Assembly (NCBI GenBank): GCA_038208905.1 | Contig: JBBQYG010000130.1 | Location: 1 to 11,943 of the forward strand | Reading direction: 5' to 3' | From: Candidatus Sumerlaeia bacterium | Lineage (GTDB): Bacteria; Sumerlaeota; Sumerlaeia; SLMS01 | DNA: 11,943 nt | Shown here: positions 1 to 7,300 of the stretch, one piece after another | How the letters are laid out: each line of letters begins with the position of its first letter | Numbering within the stretch: the stretch's first letter is position 1 | The notes under the pieces: model-generated | What the model was told of the DNA's origin: nothing | Database searches by the model: none | What the model saw: the letters and a program-made list of their open reading frames with translations, nothing else | Program-made: the position numbers and the translations under genes

Positions 1-301
1 GCATTGGCGAGAGGAGAAGAATCGGCAGCGTTAAGGCCAGCGAGATCCAGAACCGGTTACGAAAATCCGCCGCCATGTGCGCATGATGATCGCCGTGCCC
101 CTTATGTTCATCCGAACCGTGCGCCATATGTTCGTCTGAGCCGTGGCCCGACAACTCATCTTCAGCCGCCTGCCAGTTCTGCTTGTCGTGCCCTTTCGGA
201 CGCCCCTCCTTTTCATATAGGGCGTAGGCCTTCCTAGCCACCTCATCGCGTGTCGGCTTTGCTACCTGCTCGTCTTTGGCCCTATGTTCGTGGTCTTCCA
301 T
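1..301 (-). CDS. 5' end of a copper-translocating P1B-type ATPase (CopB-like) with N-terminal DUF2934-like segment and His-rich linker; runs off the left edge
   Basis: Manual translation from ATG at 301, open to the window edge and absent from the ORF track: MEDHEHRAKDEQVAKPTRDEVARKAYALYEKEGRPKGHDKQNWQAAEDELSGHGSDEHMAHGSDEHKGHGDHHAHMAADFRNRFWISLALTLPILLLSPM. A His-rich stretch followed by 'HMAADFRNRFWISLALTLPILLLSPM' is typical of the first TM region of P1B-3 CopB ATPases. AGGA lies upstream. Catalytic motifs are outside the window. Confidence 0.8.
   Translation of the reverse strand, partial: MEDHEHRAKDEQVAKPTRDEVARKAYALYEKEGRPKGHDKQNWQAAEDELSGHGSDEHMAHGSDEHKGHGDHHAHMAADFRNRFWISLALTLPILLLSPM
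92..145 (-). repeat. Imperfect 24-nt coding tandem repeat (HGSDEHMA-HGSDEHKG-HG)
   Basis: Minus strand CACGGCTCAGACGAACATATGGCG / CACGGTTCGGATGAACATAAGGGG / CACGGC, in the His-rich linker of the ATPase. Confidence 0.75.
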
Positions 302-596
302 ATTGCTGACTGTCCTGTGTGGATTTTTTTTCCCGAGTCACACATGGCGGGGTTGGATAATCAAGCGTGTCGGCGATGGTGAGGAGTAACTCGGCTTCGC
401 GTTCCTGGATCGCCCCGTCCGCGCCGACGACTTGCACGCAGGATCTGAGCAGATTCTTTTTGATCTCCGGCGTGGCCGCCGCGAGGCGGTCAAGGGCGGC
501 ATCCTGTTGTTCCAGTCCAGACTTTTCACGCGGGAGGAGCTGCGGACCGTTTTCGTCGGCGACCAGTTCGCTCGGGGTCTCCGCAAGTTTTTGCAT
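282..596 (-). pseudogene. Probable remnant of the C-terminal TerB-like domain of a long M48-family metallopeptidase
   Basis: 'DAALDRLAAATPEIKKNLLRSCVQVVGADGAIQEREAELLLTIADTLDYPTPP' resembles the C-terminus of long M48 peptidases (L..L....P..K..LL.AC......DG.I...EAELLRAIA..L.CP.PP). No HExxH or TM region is present, and the tail overlaps the ATPase start by 20 nt. Confidence 0.55.
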
Positions 597-655
597 ATTT
601 AGCTCTCATGCCTCAATCTTCTCGTGAGTCCACAATCGACCCAAACGCCGACGGG

Positions 656-988
656 TCAGGGCCTCCCACTCTTTCCATCGCGCAGCCGCCCGAGGGTGCT
701 TTCAATCATTCCGGTCAACTTATCTGCCGCGCCGTCGACGGCTTGCTCCACAGTCGCTGCCTGGTGCGTGACCGTAACGGGCTTGCGGCCTTCGAGGCGC
801 GCTTCCATCGCGCAACGCATGTCGTTGCTGCCACCTTTCTTGTCGCTGTTTTCATCGCTCAGATGGACCTCCACCCGCGTGATGTGATCGCTGAAACGGC
901 TCAGGGCAGCCTCAACTACGCTGCTGACTTGGCGGGACAGCGCCTCGTTTCCTTCGATGTTGACGTCGGTATTGGTTATGATCTGCAT
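656..988 (-). CDS. HPF/RaiA family ribosome-associated protein (110 aa)
   Basis: MQIITNTDVNIEGNEAL...LSRFSDHITRVEVHLSDENSDKKGGSNDMRCAMEARLEGRKPVTVTHQAATVEQAVDGAADKL fits the S30AE/HPF fold. SD AAAGGAG precedes ATG 988. The ORF-track start at 1132 overlaps the upstream gene. Confidence 0.88.
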   Translation of the reverse strand: MQIITNTDVNIEGNEALSRQVSSVVEAALSRFSDHITRVEVHLSDENSDKKGGSNDMRCAMEARLEGRKPVTVTHQAATVEQAVDGAADKLTGMIESTLGRLRDGKSGRP

Positions 989-1016
989 GATGTTCTCCTT
1001 TGTGAGTGTGGTTGGC

Positions 1017-2180
1017 TCAATACCGGTAGGTCGCAGCCAGTCCGGTCCGCCCCGACATCTGCTCGGCCGGAATGACCAAGACTTGGCCGCCCATTTTTTC
1101 GACCAGCTTGCCCAGATCATCGAGCAGATCATCGCTTTGCGGGTGGCTCAGATCGGCGACTTTGATCCGACCAGTCGCGCCGTCAAGCCGGCCGGCAATT
1201 TGGCGGTCGGCCTCGATCAGCAGTGTCGCGACCCGCCCGGCGGCGGCCGCCTGGGCAACCTTTTCCAGGTCGTCATCGCCAAGCCCCTTGGATCGGGCTT
1301 TTTCGAACTCTTGGTTCAGCTTGGCCAGCCGCGCCCGATAGTGCGGCTCAGCGACTTGCCAGGCCAGAGCTCGGAGTTCTGCGACTGATACGGAGTCGGG
1401 GTTCATCATGATCCCCTGGGACTCCAGAAATGGGTTGTGGCTGACTTTGTGGAAAAGATGATGATGCTCCGGCAACGCCGCCAAGATCAGCGGCAGGCCC
1501 GATGGCCGGGAATGGTGCTCGAGCACCGCGCGGTCGACCGCGCGAAAATAGCGCTCCGCATCAATATCCACTTGGTCCTTTTTCCCGCCGTGGCCGTGGT
1601 GCATGGGCGTGCTCGCCGGACCGCCACCACCATGAGAGGTTACAGTTGAAGAGGGTTCGGTCAGCTCATCGCCCAGCGCCTCTGTGATCGTCCCCGGAAC
1701 GCCCGGAGCCGGATCAATCTCGTCGAGCGCGTCGCGGTTCCCCTCGAAGAGCTGGATTTTCTGAAGGCTCAATCCCAGAACCTGATAATGGCCGACTGAT
1801 TGCAGAAAGCGTCGCAAGGGCTTGGTGTGAAAGCTGTCGGCCACGACGGCCAATTCCGGGACCGGCCGCTGGAGCCGGAACACTCGAAACAGGCCCCGCC
1901 CGCCCAGCACGGCCAATCCCTCCCGCGTGTGGTTCCAGAAAGCACGATCGTGGCCGAGGACCTCGAACGGTTCCAGAAGGAGCCTGGTCTCGTCGGCCGT
2001 ATACTTCTGCCGGAGCGATGTCTCCAGCTCCTTTACAAGATTGCGGAATCGGATCGGATCCTGCTGATTCTCGGGAACGTGTCGATGGGTCGACTGATAC
2101 AGCGAAAGGCATGGCGACTGTTGGACCGACGCCAACTCGGCCAGTGATTCGATGGTGAGTAGACTACTGTTCTGAGTCAT
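1017..2180 (-). CDS. Bacterial archaeo-eukaryotic release factor homolog (baeRF3-like; aeRF1/Pelota/Balon superfamily), 387 aa
   Basis: N-terminal 'PCLSLYQSTHR...QDPIRFRNLVKELE', central 'ADSFHTKPL...YQVLGLSLQKIQLFEG', 'YFRAVDRAV...LPLILAA', and C-terminal L7Ae-like 'AAAAGRVATLLIE...DDLLDDL...GGQV.V.....M...TGLAATYRY'. Confidence 0.85.
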   Translation of the reverse strand: MTQNSSLLTIESLAELASVQQSPCLSLYQSTHRHVPENQQDPIRFRNLVKELETSLRQKYTADETRLLLEPFEVLGHDRAFWNHTREGLAVLGGRGLFRVFRLQRPVPELAVVADSFHTKPLRRFLQSVGHYQVLGLSLQKIQLFEGNRDALDEIDPAPGVPGTITEALGDELTEPSSTVTSHGGGGPASTPMHHGHGGKKDQVDIDAERYFRAVDRAVLEHHSRPSGLPLILAALPEHHHLFHKVSHNPFLESQGIMMNPDSVSVAELRALAWQVAEPHYRARLAKLNQEFEKARSKGLGDDDLEKVAQAAAAGRVATLLIEADRQIAGRLDGATGRIKVADLSHPQSDDLLDDLGKLVEKMGGQVLVIPAEQMSGRTGLAATYRY

Positions 2181-2292
2181 TTTCTGCCTCGTGTCTTAGT
2201 AGGAAGAAAATCCCAATAGTCGCACTTCACGACATCTTGGGCGCCTTCCTGTTGATTGGCCGTGGATGCAGCTCCGGCGTGCTTGTCGCAAC

Positions 2293-2505
2293 TCAGCGAT
2301 GGAGCGAAGCCTTGTACCCCTTCTTGCCAAGTGCTTCGACGATGACCTCCGCCGCGAGGGGCTCGTTGGTCTCGATGATCGCCTTCTTGTCGTCGAGCGT
2401 GACACGTGCCTCCGCGACGCCGGGGATCTCCTTCAGGACCTTCGTCACACTGCTGACGCAGCCTCCGCATGACATGCCTTCGACGGTGAAGGATTGGGTG
2501 ATCAT
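2293..2505 (-). CDS. copZ: Heavy-metal-associated (HMA) domain chaperone, CopZ-like
   Basis: 70 aa, 'FTVEGMSCGGCVSSV...IPGV...GY' (GMxCxxC motif). SD AAGGAG upstream. Confidence 0.88.
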   Translation of the reverse strand: MITQSFTVEGMSCGGCVSSVTKVLKEIPGVAEARVTLDDKKAIIETNEPLAAEVIVEALGKKGYKASLHR

Positions 2506-2718
2506 GGGATGATGCTCCTTTTTGAGGGTGGTGTTCCGGGGGAAAGTGCAAAATCGGTCATATGCCTTGCTGTCTTGGCGGGATTCGTCTCGACGTTGCG
2601 AAGGTGCAAAGCCCGACAGAGAGGGCGAGCGTCGCCGCGCTGGCGAGGATTGATCGTGCAGGCCCAGTTCATGGCTTCGTACCGATGTCGAGGAGTCACA
2701 TCAGGCTGCGACTGGGTG

Positions 2719-2802
2719 CCCCGCTTACGCGCCTGCATGCTGCCCGATCTCCAACACCAGAAGGCTGGAAATCGAGCAGCAGTAGGCATTTTCCCCGCTT
2801 AC
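2719..2802. repeat. Long hairpin flanked by 10-bp direct repeats
   Basis: Arms 2738-2755 and 2764-2781 form 18 bp on the minus strand (3 G-U pairs). CCCCGCTTAC occurs at 2719-2728 and 2793-2802. Confidence 0.7.
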
Positions 2803-3242
2803 TTCTTTTCCATCCCCTTCATCCCATCCGTACCATCCATCATCGGACATTGCGACGTGGATTTCTCGCCCATCTGCATGTGCTTCATCATGTGCTGCAT
2901 CATCTCCTCGTCAAGCTTCGCCATCCGCGCATCCATGGCGACTCGCTGCTGCACGACATGAGTCAGAAGCGCGGCCATCTCCTGCTGCTTGTCGGCTGCG
3001 GAGGCGCTGTTCATCTTGGCTGCGTGAGCTGTCAGCTCAGCGCCCTGACTAACCATGTCCGCCTTCATTTCTTTCTTCGCGTCCATGATGGCCTGACATC
3101 CTTCCATCATTTTGCCGTCCATCATCGCCATGCCGGCCTTCTGATCGGCCGGTTGGGAAACTGCGGGGGACCACATGGCAACTCCAAAGGTCACGGCCAG
3201 AATGCTGCAGAGTACGACTGCTGCGTTCGTCTTGTTTTTCAT
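2799..3242 (-). CDS. Met-rich exported helical protein, putative periplasmic Cu(I)/Ag(I) binder
   Basis: Signal-peptide-like N-terminus (MKNKTNAAVVLCSILAVTFGVAMWSPAVS). About 24 Met in 147 aa (GMAMMDGKMMEGC, EMMQHMMKHMQM, QCPMM). SD AAGGA precedes ATG 3242. An alternative start at 3278 overlaps the cupin stop (ATGA). Confidence 0.75.
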   Translation of the reverse strand: MKNKTNAAVVLCSILAVTFGVAMWSPAVSQPADQKAGMAMMDGKMMEGCQAIMDAKKEMKADMVSQGAELTAHAAKMNSASAADKQQEMAALLTHVVQQRVAMDARMAKLDEEMMQHMMKHMQMGEKSTSQCPMMDGTDGMKGMEKK

Positions 3243-3274
3243 GACGGAGGTTCCTTTTCCGAGGGGGAGAGGGT

Positions 3275-3619
3275 TCATGACCTGATCATCGTCAGGAGCA
3301 TCTTGAAGGGCTTGGTTGCCCTGAGAGCGTGCGGCTCGTTGGCAGGCATGAGGAGCACTTGGCTCCCGAGGACCTGATGCGGCCTGCCGGAGACGGTGAT
3401 TTCTGCTTCCCCCTCAAGCACCTGAACAAGGGTATCGAAGGGGGCGGTGTGTTCGCTCAGGCCCTGCCCTTCGTCAAAGGCGAAGACCGTCACGGTTTCC
3501 GTCGGCTTCTTCAGGACCTCGCGGCTGACAATGGAGCCGGGTTGGTAGTTGAACAACTCGGCCAGCGTCGCAACTCCTCCGCCCAAGCCCTTTGGTTTTT
3601 CCTGCGAGGAATCGGCCAT
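3275..3619 (-). CDS. Cupin domain-containing protein
   Basis: 'TVTVFAFDEGQGLSEHTAPFDTLVQVLEGEAEITVSG...MPANEPHALRATKPFKMLLTMIRS', the cupin_2 two-His pattern. Start at 3619 or 3631. Confidence 0.88.
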   Translation of the reverse strand: MADSSQEKPKGLGGGVATLAELFNYQPGSIVSREVLKKPTETVTVFAFDEGQGLSEHTAPFDTLVQVLEGEAEITVSGRPHQVLGSQVLLMPANEPHALRATKPFKMLLTMIRS

Positions 3620-3685
3620 TTCCACCCTCATTTCTGCCTGGATTCACTTGATCGGACATGACGACTCCGGAACCCGCGGGGTCCG

Positions 3686-4030
3686 TTATTTGCCAGCCAC
3701 AACGCCACAGGCTTCCGCGCAGCGCCTACAGGCATCCGCGCAGTCCTCCATGTCCCCCTGGCCCGCACAGCTCGTTGCGCAGGCTTCGCAGACCGTCGCG
3801 CAGAGGCGGCAGGCCGCTTCGTGCTGGGCCGACCCGCGTGTCGCGAAGTTCGCGCAGAGGGCGCAGATTTCCGCGCAGTCCAACATCAGGATGACATGAG
3901 CCGCTTCGACATGCTTGCCGCCTGCCGGCAGGCAGTGGTGGGCGAGATGATGCGTGCATGAGGTCATGCACTCCAGACACGCCTTGATACATGCTTCCAG
4001 ATGCCCATTCGCCTCGTGCTTGTGCTCCAT
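3686..4030 (-). CDS. Four-helix-bundle copper storage protein (DUF326 / cytosolic Csp3-like)
   Basis: 114 aa with 17 Cys in CxxC/CxxxC arrays (CIKACLECMTSC, DCAEICALC, CRLCATVCEACATSC, CADACRRCAEAC). No signal peptide. SD AAGGAG precedes ATG 4030. Confidence 0.88.
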   Translation of the reverse strand: MEHKHEANGHLEACIKACLECMTSCTHHLAHHCLPAGGKHVEAAHVILMLDCAEICALCANFATRGSAQHEAACRLCATVCEACATSCAGQGDMEDCADACRRCAEACGVVAGK

Positions 4031-4100
4031 GGTGTTGCTCCTTGATGGGTCGGTGGTGCGACGGTACCGACAACCTTGTCGGCACGCCCTTCGGACGTAC

Positions 4101-4153
4101 AAAAAAAAGCCGACGCGACTCCACGCCCTCTGGGCGCGTCGTCGCGTCGGCTT
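4101..4153 (-). terminator. Intrinsic terminator, possibly an attenuator
   Basis: Minus strand GCCGACGCGAC...(CGCCC-AGA-GGGCG)...GTCGCGTCGGC followed by T8. Confidence 0.85.
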
Positions 4154-4195
4154 ACTCGCCAAATGGCCCCCCGGCTTAGCCGGGCTGCCCCTTGT

Positions 4196-4267
4196 CTAAT
4201 CTACCGAGGTCGGGATTGCCGACCGTATCGCAAAACGGAGCACGATTCGGGCCACGAATTTGCCCAT
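4196..4267 (-). CDS. Putative 23-aa leader peptide/uORF MGKFVARIVLRFAIRSAIPTSVD
   Basis: Strong SD GGAGG-ttaag-ATG at 4267 and TAG at 4196, about 40 nt before the terminator stem. Confidence 0.4.
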   Translation of the reverse strand: MGKFVARIVLRFAIRSAIPTSVD

Positions 4268-4313
4268 CTTAACCTCCACAATTTGAGCCAAGGCGCGCCA
4301 CGAGGACATCCGC

Positions 4314-4355
4314 ATTGCTTCAAATCCCGCCCCGAGTGACTGCAATTGAAGCAAT
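4314..4355. promoter_or_regulatory. 10-bp perfect inverted repeat (ATTGCTTCAA-N22-TTGAAGCAAT), candidate operator or RNA stem
   Basis: AT-rich arms at 4314-4323 and 4346-4355 in a GC-rich context, upstream of the uORF. Confidence 0.4.
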
Positions 4356-4398
4356 TTCCCCGAAGTTCGATCCTTGTCCGCAAAGGCTGGGGCGGGCT

Positions 4399-7300
4399 TC
4401 AATCGCTCAGAAAGTCTTCTTCCCCGCCTTTCACCAACCGATTCGCGATGGGCCCGCACCAGCGCCAGAAGAACGCGGGCGTATAGATGATGTCGAGCAG
4501 CGTGGAAGTGATCAAGCCCGCGAGCATGACGACGGCCATGGGCTGGAGTATTTCCTTGCCGGGCTGGCCGGTGGCGATGGCGAGCGGGACCAGACCAAGC
4601 ACGGCGCAGGTGGCGGTCATCAGGACGGGGACGAGTCTTTCCAACGAGCCACGAACGATCATCTCTTTCGAGAACGACTCGCCCTCGTGCTTCATCAGAT
4701 GGATGTAGTGGTTGATCATCATGATACCGTTCCGCAGCGAAATGCCGGTCAGCGTGATGAACCCCATCAGGCTGGCGATGGAGAAGATGCCGGTGGTAAA
4801 CCACAGGACTGCCACTGCTCCGATTGCCGCTTGCGGTATGTTCATCAAAATACAGACGACGATGCGGTGAGCGCGAAAGTGATGGTAGAGAATGACGTAC
4901 ATGAGCAGGAGTGAAACGATGGAAAGCAGGCCGATTATGCGCGTGGCGGCCTGCTGCGCCTCGAACTGCCCACCATAGGTGATGAAGTACCCGGTGGGGA
5001 GCTGGACCGACGATCCGATGGCGCCCTGGATCTCGGTGATTGCTCCGCCAAGATCCCGGCCTGCCACATTCGCCTGAATCACAATGCGGCGCTTTCCGTT
5101 CTCCCGCAACACCTGGTTCGGGCCGGTGGAGCTAATGACATCGGCGACGGCGCGAAGGGGAACTTTGGCGCCCGTCGGCGTGTCGATGAGCATGTTGGCG
5201 ATCGAGTCCTCGTCACCCCGATACTCATCCCTCAGCTTCACGACCACGTCGTAGGTCTTCTGCCCATCAAGCACTTCGGTGACGGTCTTGCCGTAGAGGG
5301 ACGCTTCGAGAGTTTGTGCCAGATCTCCGACCTGAATGCCGTAGGCTTTGGCGGCGTCGCGGTGAATCTGGATGCGGAGCTGCGGGATAAGAACCTGCTT
5401 CTCAACGAACAGATCGGTAACGCCCGGAACGGTGGCCATGGCCGCCCGAACTGCCTCTGCTTTATCACGCAGCGTGGTCAGATCGTCTCCGAAAATCTTG
5501 ATGGCGACTTGAGCGTTCACCCCCGAAAGGAGGTGATCCAATCGGTGGGAGATAGGCTGACCAACATTCACCACCATGCCGGGGAACCGACCGAGTCGTT
5601 CGCGGACCTCGGCGAGGACAACGGGCTGCGGGCGCCCGCCCGGCTTGAAGTCCACTTCAAGCTCGGATGAGTGTACCCCTTCCGCGTGCTCATCCAGTTC
5701 CGCGCGACCGGTGCGGCGGCTGACGAGGGCCACCTCGGGAATGGAAAGCAATTCCTTCTCCGCCAGTGTCCCGATGCGATTGCTTTCTGACAGTGACGTG
5801 CCCGGTGCTGCAATCATCGAGATGGTGATCGTCCCCTCGTTGAAAGGCGGCAGAAACTCGCGCCCGAGGTGTGTGACTCCATAGATCGCCAGCAGGGCGA
5901 GCAGGTAGAATGCACCCATGATCATGTTCGGATGGCGCAGTGTGAAGCGGAGCTGCCTGCGGTCGAGGGACTTGAGCTGCCGGACAATCCAGGAATCCGA
6001 CTCTTCTCCGCCGTGGAAGTGGAGTCCCTTTGCCTCCATCTTCACTCGCAGTTTGTCAAAGTAGCCGCTGAGCAAGACGGCGGCAAGCGCCGGTGTCACT
6101 GTCAGGGAGATCACCAGCGAGGCCAGCACCGACACGATATAGGCAATGCCCATCGGGGCAAAGATGCGGCCCTCAATCCCGCTGAGTTGGAACAGGGGAA
6201 TGAAGACGATCGTCATCAGAACGGTCGCATAGACCAAGGTGGAGCGGACTTCGTTGGATGCTTCGTAAATGACCTTCAGGGGATTGATTCGATCTCCCAC
6301 GGAGCGAGCGGCGTTCTCCCGCAGTCGCCGGGAAACGTTCTCGATGTCGATGATGGAATCGTCCACGAGTTCCCCAATGGCGATGGCAAGTCCGCCCAGC
6401 GTCATCGTGTTGATCCCGATGCCAGCGAACTTGAAGATGATGAAGGTCACGATGAAGGAAAGGGGGATGGCCGTGAGCGAAATAAGGGTGGTGCGAGCGT
6501 TGAGGAGAAACAGGATCAGGACGATGGACACCAGAATCGCTGCATCCCGCATCACCTCGATCACATTGTGGATGCTCGCCTCGATGAAGTGCTGCTGGCG
6601 GAAGACGTCATCATCGAGTTCGACACCCGCAGGCAGAGCAGAGCGGAGCTCGCCCATGGCTCGCTCGATGGTTTCCGTCAGCTTGACCGTGTCCTGTCCT
6701 GGCTGCTTGGACACCATGATAATGACAGCCGGCTCGCCGTTGATGGAAGCGTCGCCGCGCATCACCTGAATGCCCTTCATGACCTCTGCCACGTTACCCA
6801 CAGTGATCGGTGTTCCATCCCGCGTGGTGATCACCGCATCGGCGAACTCGGCCACATCCCGAACCCGGCCGATATTGCGAACCAGGTACTCCTGACTTTG
6901 TTTCTCGATAAAGCCCCCGGTCGTGTTCTGATTCGCGCCAGCAACCGCACTCTCCAAATCTGCCAGCGTCAGATTGAACGCTCTCAGCTTTTCGGCGTCG
7001 GCCTTGATCTGATACTGCATCCTACCGCCGCCAATTGGGATCGCGTTGGCAACGCCGGGGATGGAAAGGAGGCGGGGCCGTAAGGTCCAGTCGGCCAGCA
7101 GTCGCAATTCGACGGGAGAGATTTCCTTACTCTTCAAGCCGATCAACATGATCTCGCCCATGATCGACGAGATCGGCCCCATTTGAGGTTCCACTCCGGC
7201 GGGGAGACGTTCCCTGACCGACGCAAGCTTTTCAGCAACAAGCTGCCGGGCGAGGTAGATATCCGTCCCCCAGCCGAACTCAACGAAGACAATGGAAAGC

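Noticed and set aside
1083..1091. GGQ tripeptide in the baeRF protein
   Set aside because: It lies in the C-terminal L7Ae-like domain (GGxV turn), not in the middle-domain catalytic loop.
989..1132. ORF-track N-terminal extensions (HPF from 1132; also Csp from 4162, multidomain protein from 9240, accessory protein from 11160)
   Set aside because: They overlap neighboring genes or terminators, and better SD-linked starts lie downstream.
2181..3639. AGGCAGAAA shared just upstream of the baeRF and cupin starts
   Set aside because: It is only 9 nt and purine-rich, so it is most likely an SD-like coincidence.
4190..4270. c-di-GMP-I riboswitch, suggested by GGGCAAA
   Set aside because: It lacks the GNRA-capped P2, the second GCAAA and the tetraloop receptor.
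4285..4300. Sigma54 promoter TGGCGCGCCTTGGC (minus strand)
   Set aside because: GG-to-GC spacing is 9 nt, not the required 10. Similar near-matches at 11238-11305 also fail.
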